The position numbers were made by a program, and so were the translations under genes. Positions 35,495-49,270 of a stretch of 64,000 bases of DNA are shown here, one piece after another. This DNA is from Haliotis rufescens (taxonomy: Eukaryota). The stretch spans positions 10,168,001-10,232,000 of the forward strand of contig NW_025963924.1 of NCBI RefSeq assembly GCF_023055435.1, written 5' to 3'. Below the pieces are notes generated by a model. It made no database searches and was not told where the DNA came from. It worked only from the letters and a program-made list of their open reading frames with translations. Within the stretch, counting starts at the first letter, position 1. Each line of letters begins with the position of its first letter.

Positions 35495-37387
35495 TACGTC
35501 AGAAACTAATTAAAAGACTGGTACCAGTGTTTTAAACTTTTAAATGTCATAAAATAAGTGACACAATTAGTGTAAAACACTATAAAAAACTGTGAATAAA
35601 ATCTATTTCTCTCGCTCGCTCTCTTGCTGGTTGAGTTTGAAGATTAGAAACACACAAAAAATATGGATGGCTTTAGAAAATGTTCCGGGGTAAGAGTTTC
35701 ATGTCGGACTTTCAAGGTTTATGACGACTGCATAATGGTTCACATCGCACACCCCCAACACCCACACTCTAGATACCACATTTTCTGAATGGCTTCTCAC
35801 ACAAGCCTTGATATCGTTAACTTGAAAGGAGGTGAAACCTAAATTTGTTGACACACAAAAACATGCAATATGATCATCTAAGAGAGAAATTATTACTAAA
35901 AAGGCAAAAACTAGGAACTATACAATGAGCACGTTTCCCCCAGTGTTGTTTGTTGTTCCAAGCTCCTGTTATGCCCGTAAGCACTTTAAGCACGTACTGT
36001 TTGTCATCATGTCAACATTTAAATATTAAATCAGGGTAATTTTACCACAACACAATAATGTGTGCCAGACAAGGCGGGGTTCAGATATGACGTCATCCCA
36101 GACTGAGCTAATTTGACAACGTTACGCCCACATATAATTTCCAAACCCATCTTTGTTCTTCGGGCATATTCGTTATCACTCGGCACACTTCGTAACCCGC
36201 TATTCGGTTAATTCCGGAAAGTCATAAATTCTTTGACCTTTGACAACCGTTTGCTAGGGAACTGCCAAAATGGAATGTTGCCTTTAAAATACAATAATTC
36301 TTCTACTCATGTGTAAGAACACTAGACCGCTATCCCGTGACTAGTAAATGTATTAAAAGCATGTTGACTCGACTGAATGTTTCTAGGTTTGTCAGCACCA
36401 TTCCTGTGCTCGTGGGTTTCACCAAAGCGGTAATAACGACCTGTACCTATTCGAGCTTTCTTCCCACATGGAGCTGATGTAACTGGAATATTGTTCAAAG
36501 AGACGTGAAACCAAACTCCCCCCTTCGTCCGAAATTCCGAAACGACGTGTTTGGGAGGAACCGGATTTCGGGTTACACAGATTCTATGGCATATGCACGG
36601 CAGTGCTGTTTCGTCGTTTGTGAACTGCAAATGTCTGTCCAAACATGTCATATTTGTTGAAAACACTGAAATACTAAGGTGACAAGAAGTCTATGCCATC
36701 CAAAACCATTCGCTAATTAACATTATTATTTCAAAGGATTATCATGTATGGTGAAGAACAATGAAACAAGCCAAGCGATCGTGCAACATCTACAAATGTA
36801 TAATTGGCGGATCCGGAGATTAGAGGAGGGTGATGTCTCACTGAATCGCATATGAACCCACAAATACTAGTATTAGCTGTGTATTTTAAATACAGACGAT
36901 TCTACCAGTATCAGTGCCTGATTTAATGAACCCCGGATCCGCCTGTGCTAACATTTCTCACGCACCTTTGGTTGGTGTACGACGTCAATGTCATACCGGA
37001 AGCTAAGGTAGTCCTATTATCTTAAAGGGGTTCTTTGACTACGTAAAACGCTTCCTCGCAATAACAGACTAACGTATACACACACTACATTGTCACATGT
37101 TGACCTATCAAATCAGGTTCAGTCTAGTCCCCCTTTAATTCGAATCAATCCGACCTAATGACGAGAGAGTTGTGTTATGCCACAAAAAGGACCATATAAG
37201 CATGTTTACCCTGGCGGTCATAGTCACAACTGTGAGAAGTACTACTTTTAGAATAAATACGCCTGCTTTTTTCGACGAGGTGAACTCGTCACGTGATCAC
37301 TCTTGTATGTTTCAACCAGTAACTGAAGGCGTAATCACTCGACTAAATTAAGAGTGTGAGTGTTTTTCTTGTCTTTGTTTTTTTTAG

Positions 37388-37409
37388 CGTGTGTGTGTGT
37401 TTTTGAGTC

Positions 37410-37491
<82 letters not shown>

Positions 37492-37509
37492 TGCGTGTGG
37501 TGTGTGTGT
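37388..37509. repeat. (GT)n microsatellite
   Basis: Directly visible. Confidence 0.95.
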
Positions 37510-39156
37510 CCACATTGCGAAAACAGTTTGCAAACTAATATCTACAGTTTGACAAACTGTTAGCGCGAAAAAGAATCGGTCTCTATTCTCACTAATATTT
37601 TAACCAACGATTCAGTGTTTTCAAACTCGATGTGACGCGTGAAAGGTTCTCAAACATGTTGGTCGCCTACAACCAATCACATACTGTGTAGATAATGCCG
37701 ACGCCATTTTGTAGCAGACCTAAGTACACACATGGCGGACGCCACGAAGTATCTGAATTCACCTTAGATTACCCACTGTAACACAATCACAACGCTACGT
37801 CCACATACAACATATTTAACAACAACATCTGCTGCAATTCATGCTGAATGATTGTCGTGATTTACAAACATATTCATAAATTTCATAAATATGACGCTTC
37901 AGATATCACAGTTAAAATACAAACACTCTACTTAACGTCCTATAGCGAGGGCGGTGACGTCATGCCGAGGGACCAGGTTCGAATTCCCACATGGTACAGT
38001 GTGGGAAGCCTATTTGTCCCTGTAGTGCAACTCCTGGAACAAGGCTAAAGCCGTACCCCGAGTGACATTACTGTTTATATGGCTTGTCTGAGCTATAGCT
38101 AACACGACACGCATTCCGCGGTCCAGTGGATTCCCAATAACGAGGTTCCACTGAAGCGGTTTTAGAAAGCGTGACGTGTGTAATGCAGTATTGGCGGAGA
38201 AGTCTGATAACCTCTCGACAGCGCAACGTTTCGCATCTGACACGATTGCGTAGGTTTACGAAACTTGGACCAAGTCACCACCGACTAACATATAGTGGAA
38301 TTCTAGCTGAATCTAAGACGAGACAGAGAATACTGTCGGATCCCAACATTGGTGCATTGCATCAATGTTTGCATCTATCTCTCTAAGGGACGCGTGAACT
38401 ACTTGTCAACGGCGGCTTAAGTTGCCAACGAACGTTCATTCCACTCACTACGTTATCACACGATGACGCTTACATAACTTCTTTTCATCGTCACAGGTTT
38501 CAAAATTCCACAATGACGCTTACTAAGCTATTTTTCAGCGTCACATGTTTTTTTAGACACACAAGTTCAAATTGCTATGTATTACATGAGGTGTGAAGAA
38601 AGGAATTCCACCGTGACTTATTTAGGTCACGTGTCACTATAGGTCTGTCCGTCTTTGTGTAAGGCTCGATGGCGTCATTAAATGACTGGATTTCCCACGA
38701 CACAACCCAGAGCCTCACCAGAAGGAAGACCATGCACATCTGTGGGAGCCTGAGTTTCATCTGTGTTCCATGTACAATTCATTGCATTCGTTAGTTTACA
38801 TACTACTCAAAAAGATGTAAAGAACAACCGAACGGCTAGAACAGATTAACAATAATCATATGAGAAAGTCCGGCTGTTCTTTAACTTGTTTTGAGTAGTA
38901 TATACAAACATTGCCATTACTACATTTGCTATTGGAAAGATGAAAATCAAGCTCCTCTTTAGGTTGGGCCACCAACCAGAATAAGGCCACGTTCTGTGAC
39001 GGTCATTTATAGTGGACCGATCGTTTTAGCTTCCCATGCGTACAAGAACATTCTCTGCAATTGGTTCGCGACAGCACGCAGACGTAGAATGTTGACGATG
39101 AGGTTGCTGGTTTACAGGAGGTCATTGAAGCAAGACGTGTCATCCTTCTATAGTGT

Positions 39157-39421
39157 TTACGGACACGAGAATGTCCTGAACACGCATATCAACACGCATA
39201 CAAGTAGCATCAGTTTGTGGCTCGTCACAACCGAAGATGCTCCTGCGTCATCGTCGGCATCAGCGTCCCCGAAAGAATAAATTCCCTCATCTTCAAACTT
39301 CACCTTTAGACATTTAGGAGGCTGGAAGCCCTGCATTATTTTCACGACAACGTTGGCAGCAGAACGACCACATCGCCGGCGGATCACCTTTGAGGAGCAC
39401 GACACTGCAACTTTATAGAAT
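39157..39421 (-). CDS. Cys-rich protein terminal exon with hydrophobic C-terminus (GPI signal-like)
   Basis: ttctttgtag acceptor, phase 2; small residues AGASS followed by a hydrophobic tail and stop. Confidence 0.87.
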
Positions 39422-42400
39422 CTACAAAGAATATAGACATTGCTTGATAAGAAGTGTTGCATACATAAAATATTCATCACCATCTTATGTATGTATGAAA
39501 TCCGTACGTGACAATGTCATTCCTTGAAAACATTTATTCAAAGATACACGAATAATGCTTTCGGATTTGGCCATGCATTTTAGAACCAAAGAAACACATA
39601 CATTCCTTAAAGAGGAACAACTCGACACATTCGGGACTAGTTTTGAGTGAGTGAGTGAGTTGGGTTTAGCGCCGCTTATAACAGTATTCCAGTTATATCG
39701 CGGCGTGTCAGTTTAATGTGGGGGAAAAGCCCGAAGTGATGCAGGTCTCAGATGTTTACCACTTCGGTGAAACCCACGAGCACGGGTATGGTGCTGAAAA
39801 ACCAAGAAACATAATTTGGGCGAATCGGGATTCGAACCCACAATCATAGGTTTCTGACGTGCCAAGGGACGCAATTCTGCACAGCGAATCGCGACGCCTT
39901 AGACAACTGGGCCACCCGTTGAATGGAAATGAGACATATTCTTCATGTAATTAGGGTAACTATTAATTGATATACAGTCGAAACTCGCTTATCCGGAAAA
40001 TTGCGTTTTTCTCAAATAATGTCCGGATAAACGAATTTCCGCATATCTGAATCCCTTGTCAGTTACCTCGCCCTACCCAAATCTACGGATGCCAAAAAAT
40101 ATCACATAAATGCATAAGAGTATTCGAGTATTATGCGCAGCAAAAACGTTACACCGTATCCCCTCTGCATGCGAATTCAAGTGAACGAACAGGTGATAAC
40201 AAACTTGGTGAGAGAAATGAGAAAATTTTGAAATAAAACATCACAAGACAAACTGATTTACCATCTAAATTGTTTTTTAAAGTTCTGCTAGGCATTGTTT
40301 TATATGCAGGGATTATGATTACCGTGGGTAGTTTCTCGTAAACCAAGTCGTACACACGTTTTCTCCCAGTCCACCGGTGATTCAGTTAAAAAATACCCTA
40401 TGATGTAACTTCATGAAATTTTCATAATTTAATTTAAAATAATAACCAAAACGTATTACTTTGGTACAACTGATTGCTATTGCCGGATATATTTTAAGTG
40501 TGGAACAGTTTGATCAGTCACCGTTGAGATTTCCCGCGGTCTTGCTATTTCTATCGCGAAGACGTTATGTTGGCTTATAATAGTCAGGCTGTAACAACGA
40601 GTCAAAGTATCCATTCCCTGTCAACTAACGTTCGCTTCAAAGCGTCTTAATAGCAGTAATCTGTTCGTGGTTGGTGCAAATAACGGTGAGTTGGTGCAAT
40701 CACTCACGATTACCCCGAAGTTAATGTAAACAATATTGAATAAAATTTTAAATAAAATTAATCAAATAGATTACAAACATGTTGGAAACATTTTAATTTG
40801 GACCCGACCCCCATGGAAAGTGTGATCTCAATCTTCACTATTTCCTCTAACAGACGTTTTTAGATTGGAGGTATGGCTGCAAAATGGAAGGGCCACACTT
40901 GCCTGCATGCTGACGTCATCATGACGTCAATGTTGACGGTGGCCTTGGCTTTCGTCTTGAAGTTTTTCTGCACCTCGTGTGTGCAGTTAACCTGTTCGGG
41001 GTGGGATTCGGCGATACAGCGGGCGTTCGCTTCGTACGCTGAAAATAATAATTACAAGGTTCTAATGAGGGGGTTTGGTTTAGAGCTGCTTTGAACTGTC
41101 ACAGTATTTCAGTGATATGAATGCGTTACACATAGGAGAAAAGTCCAAAGAGACGCAAGTCGTTGGCATTTACAAACACAAAGGCACGGGCATGGTGCAG
41201 ACAAGCCATGGACAATAATTAAGATTTAAACCCACGATCCTGGCAAGCCCAAGGGGCGCAACCCTGAACAGTGAGCTGCCAAACACGGCATCCTGCTCCC
41301 CCAGTAGCCAAGGAGTCACAGAACCGGATATATGTTTCTTGTGTCCAGACTTATATTAAATCCTTTTCATGGTTTGTATCAAACATTGTGCCTTGTATAA
41401 AAGTATACAAACATTTATCTTGCATTTATTAGTTTCACCAAGGGACCGATCATTTCTTCACTTAATTCACTTTATTTCAGAACTTGTAGGCCACGGGCCT
41501 TTTTGTACAGACGAAATACAATTTAGGTGCAAACAGTATAAGATATAATACACATTTCTTTGCTTTTTAACAAAAACAGTTTTAACATAATTGCACCTTA
41601 TACATGTTGGAGTATTTGTGTTCTTACAGCATTGGCATAAAACAAGTACTTTGCTGTATTCATATTGATAACAGGGTCTTGCGATCATTTCTTATTCTGT
41701 AAGGTTGATATTTTTGTTTATTACTATTTCTTTTTAAAATACGGTCACTGGACATGCTGGAATTTCTGAAAATAATGTGTTGTGATTCCAAACACTGTTA
41801 GTCTTGTCCCCATGAATATGAAATGGTCGGTCCCTAATATAAGACGCAAAGTTTACGTTTGTTTGTTTGTTGTTTAGGCCGCACTCAGAAATATTCCAGC
41901 TATATGACGGCGGTCTGTAAATAATCGAGTCTGGACAAAACACTCCAGTGATTGACACCATGAGCATGGCTGTAAGCAATTGGGATACGATGACATGCAT
42001 CAACCAAGTCAGCGAGCCTGACCACCCGATCCCGTTCGTCGCCTCTTACTACAAGCATGGGTGCTGAAGACCAATTCTAACCCAGATCTTCACGAGTTCA
42101 GGGCATTTGTATTTGACTTTAAGCACAATGTATGTTTTTGAATGATTGATTTCCACTTACTTTTGATATTATTACAGAAGTAATTGACACTGGCTTCACT
42201 TTTGTCAGGATCCACCATCATCTGGAGAATGTGTTCCCTATCCGTGTTTCCCGTGCAGTTGTCTGTAAGAGCCCGGAGACACGACACTGTCTGGTGAAAC
42301 AAACCCTCCCTGGAACAACAGTTACATGGATAAGAGCCCGGATACACGACACTGTCTGGTGAAACAAACCCTCCCTGGAACATCAGTTACATGGATAACA

Positions 42401-44242
42401 CCGTCTGGTATTCATGTTAAACTGCGGCATGGTATCTCAGTGAGCTAGCACTATAAATCGGCACCAGCCCGGACTAGTACAAGCAGCCACACATACACGC
42501 GCACACGCGCACACGCACGCACGTACGCAAACATGCACATGCACGTGCACGTGCATGCACCTCGCTATAAAAGTGCAATAATCATGGACGCGACGTTAAA
42601 CCCCATTCCACCTCACTCACTCACTCACCCATATCCTGATGGCGTTAAGTGTTGCTCAAAATACAGCAACCTGACAAAGCTTTGATCACTCACGGGCTGC
42701 CATGATAAAACTCAGAGTATTGCTGACAGTGGTGTAACATAATCACTCGTCAGTTGTAGAATATATATCGTAACAGCACCAGCCCTGTCATCATGTAAAC
42801 TCAGGCTGGGGGATTCCGGGCTAGAATATGTCGCCAGCAGCTTGTGTTCAGGCGACTAAATTGATCAGGTGGTCAGACTTGGTGTGGCGTGTCAACGTAC
42901 CCCGACGGCGTTTATCGTTGCTCACCATATCAATCACTGGAATGCCTTTAAATCTTCCTGGCTGGCCCAAGCCATTAAAACAACGGACATTCTATTAAGT
43001 ATTTCTGGAAAGGCTTAATGATCATTTACAGGTCAGTATCAAATAATATGAGATAGCTACGCGATAAATCGCCAAGTACAATGAAGAAGGAAGCGTGGTT
43101 TATGCGCCCCCTCGTGATGTATTCTCCCTGCAGTGTTTAATTTAGGAAATAAACGGCGAGTGGGGGTTGTTTATCTTACAATAAAACACTGCAGGAAGAA
43201 TAAACCATATCCTGAAATAACCCACACTTCGTTATTCATTGTTTTTTGCGATTTATCGCGTACATATCTTATATTGTACGTTGAACAATTTCCACTCGTC
43301 GTTTTTGTCGTAATTAAAACACCAATGACGTCACAGATACATGTCTGGATTATGTCAGTATGGGTGGCCCAGTAGAATGTGCAGAGTTGTCAACAGGGCT
43401 CCAGGACCTGTTCGTTGGGGGTTTGAATCCTAGATTTATCACGACTCGGATGTATGGTCAGACACTGCATTGCACAGGATCATGGTTTCAGCTGAGAGGT
43501 CAACGTCCACGATATGTGTCACTTTAAACTATTGTTTGAGCAGCTTTACATCACTCATTCACTCTCTCACGCACGCACGCACGCACGCACGCACTCTCAC
43601 GGCATATAATATAAACATACCATTTCTGCACAAGGTCCTGAAATTGATATGTTACGACTCCTACACATCGCAAATGGAATATTGTAACATGCAAATTGCA
43701 TTGACCACAAACCCACTCACTACGAGAAACAGAGACAAAGCAATTCTTGTCGCTTTTACAGAATGCGCATTCCTGATCATTTATAGTGATCACCAGAGAT
43801 CTAGTTGCTTGGTTTTCAATGACCATCAATATAATTGTTACCGCTAACTTGCATTTTACTCCTAGTGGAATTTTTTTTCGCGAGTACTGGGGACTAGTTA
43901 CTCAGTGGCCTTGATGTTTTATATTTACCTGTGCGTGGGAGGTAGTTTTACTTCTGAATAGCTCTGTTATCTTTGTGTGTAGGTTTATGCAGTGTTCCTA
44001 GCTGTTTAATAACGCCGGCCACGATTACATTGAGATGCAGATACGAGTGAAGGGCACAGCCGTAAGGACTACTTGTATTTTGATCAATGACAGTTTACCA
44101 ATTCTGTTGAAAGCACTCCCGTACAAGTATGGCACTCCCATAGTACAGCAATGCAGCCACTGTTGGCATGTACAGTGTATTTGGGGACATGCATAATTGG
44201 GTGTAGTGAGATGTGCACTTATATAGCGACGAGCATGCACGT

Positions 44243-44298
<56 letters not shown>

Positions 44299-46205
44299 GC
44301 GTGTGCGCGTGCGTGTGTGTGTGTGTGCTTGTACTAGTCCGGACTGGAGCCGATTTAAAGTGCTAGCCCACCGAGATACCATGCCGCAGTTTAACATGAA
44401 TACCCCGCTCAGACACAGCATACTGACTCCGAGCCGACCAGTCCTTGTTTTAGTCCCTTTATGCCAAGCGCGAGACAGGGCAACAACAAGTATCATCTTT
44501 GAACGTCTTTTGGTATGACGCGACCGGGGATCAGACCCCGGACCTTCCTCTTATAGGGCGGACGATCTACCACTGGACCACGGTGGCGGTCCTATGACGT
44601 CAGACAATCAGCTACACATTGTAATCATGGGTTGTTAAACAAACATGGATATTTTCAAATCCCAAGCTCCATTTCAAATCACTTCTCACAAATCCCCCAA
44701 ACTACTTCAAATCACATTCCAGTGGATAGTAATAAAGCCAACCACTGCATTGTGAAATGTCACGAGAACCGTATATCATTTCACCGACAGAGGCGCGGGG
44801 ACAGACGCTGGAATGATGCGTTGCTGACAGACAGGCCGTCCGCCATTGTGAATCATTATAGTGAATTACCGCATCACATATCGCAATGGGATGACTCTCT
44901 GGCGCGTCCGGAGAATTAAAGACGTACGGTTGATATTTTTCAAACATATAAGTGAGTGACTGAGTTGGGTTCAACGCCGCTTTGAACAGTATTCCAGTTA
45001 TATCGCGCCGTGTCGGCCTAATTGTGGGAAGAAAGGTGTGTTTGTGTGTGTGTTGGTTCATCACGTCGAAGGCACAGGTTCTATTCCCCCGTGAGTACAA
45101 TGTGTGAAGCCCATTTCTACGAAAGCCTAATGGTGCCACTTTAGTACCATAATTTAATTTATTTTTTTAATCGAAATTTCTCGTTATTTAAATTATTTTC
45201 GCGAAATTTCGATTTTTTGCTTGTTACGTGGATTGTTTTCTCGTTACTTCGATTAATTTCTCGTTGTTCCAAGTTTTTGAAATAAACTTTAAATAACGAG
45301 AAAACAATCGAAGTAAAGGGAAAATAATCGAAATTTCGAGTTATTGAAACAAACTTGAAATAACGGGAAAATAATCGAAGTTACGAGAAAAAACCGGAGA
45401 AAATAAGGAGAAATTTCGATTTGAAAACAATACAATTATGGTACCAAAGTGGTATCAGTAGGCTTCCGTCATTTCTGGCGCTCCCTGTCGTGGTTGCTTG
45501 AATGTCGCTACTTTGTTCCAAATTGGTTCCTGTCAGTGGTGGTTGAGGTCCTGTGCATCTTAGCTTGCAGGGGCGGTCGGGTAGCCTAGTGGTTAAAGCG
45601 TTCGCTCGTCACGCCGAAGACCCGGATTCGATTCCCGACATGGGTACAATGTGTGAAGCCCATTTCTGGTGTCCCCCGGCGTGATATTGCTGGAATATAG
45701 CTAAAAGCGGCGTAAAACCATACTCACTCACTCTTAGCTTGCAGGGACTGTCTGGTCGGGAACACTCACGCGTTTCTTTATACAACATGGAAGGCCAACA
45801 CTTCATATCACACACTGAAACTATGGAGTATATCAATTTGACAGGTGATTGAGTGGGCTTTTAACACTGTATTTAGTCACGGCAGTTCCTCAAAGATGAA
45901 GCTGACACGCCGTGATGTAACTCTTCAAGTGGGGTTTAGCCAAACACATTCACTCACCCACCCATTCGTGACCACTCAAAGATGAAGCTGACACGCCGTG
46001 ATGTTTTTGTGACCAACTCGCCAAATGTCCCCCACCAACACATCCACCTACCTGCACGCCATCTTGGCCTTCTCGACCTCCCCCCCACGGACAAACTCCC
46101 GCTGGCCGGCCTGGGGAGGGCCGATCCCGATGCCGAGGTTGGCAGTACACAACTGCGCCATCTGGAGGACTTTTAGAGGACATTCGCATCTCACCACCAC
46201 CAGAG
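39157..46205 (-). CDS. Uncharacterised Cys-rich (2 x 6 Cys), probably secreted and GPI-anchored protein, DUF19-like pattern; 5' exon(s) not located
   Basis: complement join(46205-46052,42309-42161,41038-40903,39421-39157) gives one continuous frame: LVVVRCECPLKVLQMAQLC...MACREGLFHQTVSCL...YFCNNIKTYEANARCI...SACRFYKVAVSC...RRCGRSAA...FQPPKC...AGASSVVTSHKLMLLVCVLICVFRTFSCP*. Splice sites and phases all fit. Confidence 0.85.
39644..39918 (-). mobile_element. tRNA-derived SINE family C
   Basis: Reverse complement of 56456-56736 with an intact GGGTTCGAATCCC B box. Confidence 0.8.
40903..41038 (-). CDS. Cys-rich protein internal exon (YEANARCIAE..MMTSACR)
   Basis: ttttcag acceptor, AG|GCAAGT (GC) donor, phases 1/2. 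Confidence 0.85.
41858..42097 (-). mobile_element. SINE family A
   Basis: Reverse complement of family A, near full length. Confidence 0.8.
42161..42309 (-). CDS. Cys-rich protein internal exon (EGLFHQTVSCL..VNYFCNNIK)
   Basis: gttccag acceptor, GTAAGT donor, phases 2/1. Confidence 0.87.
44240..44592 (-). mobile_element. tRNA-derived SINE family D with expanded (CA)n
   Basis: Reverse complement of the family D head and body; (GT)n at 44245-44327. Confidence 0.75.
45118..45469. mobile_element. IS3EU-like MITE inserted into a tRNA-SINE
   Basis: TACGAAAGCCTA..TAGGCTTCCGT termini; 6-bp TSD CATTTC; palindromic interior. Confidence 0.75.
45570..45732 (+). mobile_element. tRNA-derived SINE family B
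   Basis: A box TAGCCTAGTGG, B box GGATTCGATTCC, (CTCA)n tail; flanked by duplicated CTTAGCTTGCAG. Confidence 0.88.
46052..46205 (-). CDS. Cys-rich protein internal exon (end of likely signal peptide plus first Cys block)
   Basis: cttgtcttcag acceptor, AG|GTAGGT donor, phases 1/2, open frame. Confidence 0.82.
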
Positions 46206-47081
46206 CTGAAGACAAGACGCAAACACTCAGATTCAGAAGAACACATAATAATGTTAATATTTATAATGCGCCAAATCCACCCCCTTGAGGATGCCCAAAG
46301 CGCAATATTATTCCTGGTAAATGGATCAGTGTGCACTCGAATTTCATTTTCAGCTCCCTGGGGAGAATACATCCCAACAAGCCTGTGAGGCGATAGAAAT
46401 TTAACAGCCACATTACAATTTCTCATTCACTGCTAGGTGAACAGTGGCATATTTCGAACAAAGTTACTTGCCCAAGGAAGCACCACATGTGCTACATGGG
46501 CTTCATGTGCTTCAGTGTGGGGCAGGACCGAAGCCCACCCAACTACTTTCAGAAACCGACGTTCCTTAACCTCACCTGATTTGTGCCCCGTGCACAAGTT
46601 CACATGTCTCCATTTGTATCTTTAAAGCGCCGTGGCTTAACAATCAAATCTAACAGTGAGTGAGTGAGTGAGTGAGTGAGTGAATATGGTTTTTACGCTG
46701 CTTTTAGCAATATTCCAGCAATATCACGGCGGGGGGACACCAGCTAACATCAGAGCTCAGACTAGACAGTGAATGTTGTTTAACGCCGCATGCAGCAGTG
46801 TTCCAGCTGTACCATGATGGGCTTTAAAAGTTCAAGTCTGGACTAGGCTAACCAGCGACAGGGGAACGATGACTGGTGGGGAAGCAAGTCACACAGTCCG
46901 GCCACCTGATCCACAATTTAGACGGTTCCTACGATAAGCGCATGTCGCAGTGTGCCAATTCTGAGCCGGTTTTCCAACGTATCCAGAATTAAATTCTACC
47001 CAAGACTGACATTCAAGTGGGTGCGAGAGTGAATGAGGTGGATGTAATGCCGCTCTGAATTGCATGTTGGTTACCTCACGA

Positions 47082-47587
47082 TTTGTTTTTTTATTTTTGC
47101 TTAACGCCGCACTCAGCAATATTCCAGCTATGTCACGGCGGTCTGTAAACAATCGAGTCTGGACCAGACAATCCAGTGATTGATATCATGAGCATCAATC
47201 CACGCAATTGGTTTTTTTGGGTTGGTTTGTTGTTTAACGGCGCACTCAGCAATATTCCAATTATATGACGGCGGTTTGTATATATTCGAGTCTCGACTAG
47301 ACAATCCAGTGATTGATATCATGAGCATCAATCCACGCAATTGGTTTTTTGGTTTAGATTGTTGTTTAACGGCGCACTTGGCAATATTCCAGCTATATGA
47401 CGGCGGTCTGTAAATAATCGAGTCAGGACTAGACAAGTGATTGACGTCATGAGCATCGATCCACACAATTGGGATACGATGACATGCACCAACCAAGTCA
47501 GCGAGCTTGACTACCAGATCCCCTTAGTCGCCTTTACGGCAAGCATGGGTTGCTGAAGACCTATTCTACCCCGGATCTTCACGGGTC
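47082..47587 (-). mobile_element. SINE family A with triplicated 3' half
   Basis: Three tandem tail segments of about 135 bp plus one head. Confidence 0.8.
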
Positions 47588-48011
47588 GGTCACATCACGC
47601 CGTGTCAGTGGAATGTGATTGGAATTCCTTTCTGGTGCAAGTCGTATACCTATAACTACAAAATCAACTTATAAAATGTATCTAAATACTCTCCTCATAA
47701 CCCATTCAAGCCTCTAAGTTGGGGGTTCACGTTAGTCCTTTGCAATCGTCTTAAATGGCCTATAACGATGTTCAACATGAATCAAAGCGATGTACGTCAC
47801 TGAGGAGTCCATCTTTATCTGCGCGCGTTCCTTGAAGGTTCATAGACGTTCATGGGTACCAACTATTAATATCCTATAGGAAGGTGGTTCCTGGGATTTT
47901 TAAGAGGCATGTCGCTGCTTCAAAACACACATTATTGTTCTGTGAAAGGAGAAGCCGAACGATTTTTTTTCAGAAGAGTGAGTGATCCAAATGTTGTTCA
48001 CAGCAGTGTAT

Positions 48012-48303
48012 CCGTGAAGATCCGGGTCAGAATATATAGGTCTTCAGCAACCCATGCTTGCCGTAAATGGCGACTATTCCAACTATATGACGGCGGTCTG
48101 TAAATAATCGAGTCTGGACCAGACAATCAGGTGTTTGACATCATGAGCATAGATCCACGCAATTGGAATACGATTATATGCATTTACCAAGTCAGCGAGC
48201 CTGACCTCCCGATCCCGTTAGTCGCCTCTTACGACAAGCATAGTCGCCTTTTATGGCAAACATGGGTTGCTGAAGACCTAGTCTACCCCGGATGTTCATG
48301 GGG
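48012..48303. mobile_element. SINE family A: + strand head fused to a - strand copy
   Basis: CCGTGAAGATCCGGG head at 48012; orientation switches at about 48075. Confidence 0.75.
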
Positions 48304-49004
48304 GTGACTCTCATTGACTATCCATAGCACGGGCTGCGTCCCTATGTACCAGCGGCAAACAGACAACATATGGCTTACGATAAATTGGCAATTGTGATGA
48401 ATGGTATCTATTGCCCCATTAATGATGATAGATGCTAACTGTCACAGATTACTGCCAACCTTAAACTGTTTGTAAATAACGGAATGGTTCGTCTGCACGC
48501 AAGGCAGGACAATGCTCCGTTCAATCAGGAAGATGATATGCACTTATCTCTGGAAGGGCAGGGCGACATTTTGTATTTAAAACAAATAAGATACATCCAC
48601 TACAAGCATATTTCACGTCGTACAGGTGTTCAAGCTACAGGAAATAATTGATTTTTATAATAAAAATAGTTTTCTGGTGTTGATGGTAAAAGCCAGCAAC
48701 ACAAGTCTCCATTTCCCCTGCTAAATGGTGAAATATTTGTAGCAGGTGTAACGTATGCAGCTGCTAATTAGCAGACAAGCACCATCCGTCACCGCTCACA
48801 TCTTTCCCTAACCTTATAAATATCCATTTCGCTTCTTTTAGGATGGCCTGAGTTGTTGGAGGTCATTCGAAACCGCTCGCATCTTTCTGTAAGCTATACA
48901 CGAACCAATTTGGCTTGTTTGGGGATGGCCTGTTGGTCACGACTGAGACCACGTCATCACTTGCATATTTCCGTAACCTACAAGAACCCATTCGGCTCGT
49001 CTCG

Positions 49005-49270
49005 GAGTGAGTGAGAGCGGGTTTTACCTCCTCTTTTAACATTATTCCAGTTATATCACGGCGTGTCAGCTTAATGTGGGAGGAAAGCCCGAAATGATGC
49101 AGGTCTTTGACGTTTACCACTTCGGTGAAACCCACGAGCACGGGTATGGTGCTGACAAACCTAGAAACATCATCGGGGCGAACCGGGTTCGCAACCACGA
49201 TCAAAGGTTTCTGGTGTGCCCAAGGGACGCAACTCTGCATGCGGCGCCTCAGAACGCTGAATCACCCGTG
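49005..49270 (-). mobile_element. tRNA-derived SINE family C
   Basis: Similar to 39644-39918. Confidence 0.75.

Noticed and set aside
45570-45645. tRNA gene calls for SINE heads (also 35332, 24076, 56456, 13850)
   Set aside because: No complete cloverleaf or T-run terminator; each continues into a SINE body, several with clear TSDs
48863-48976. Candidate terminal exon after a ttcttgtag acceptor on -
   Set aside because: No recognisable peptide and cannot be linked in phase to the downstream gene
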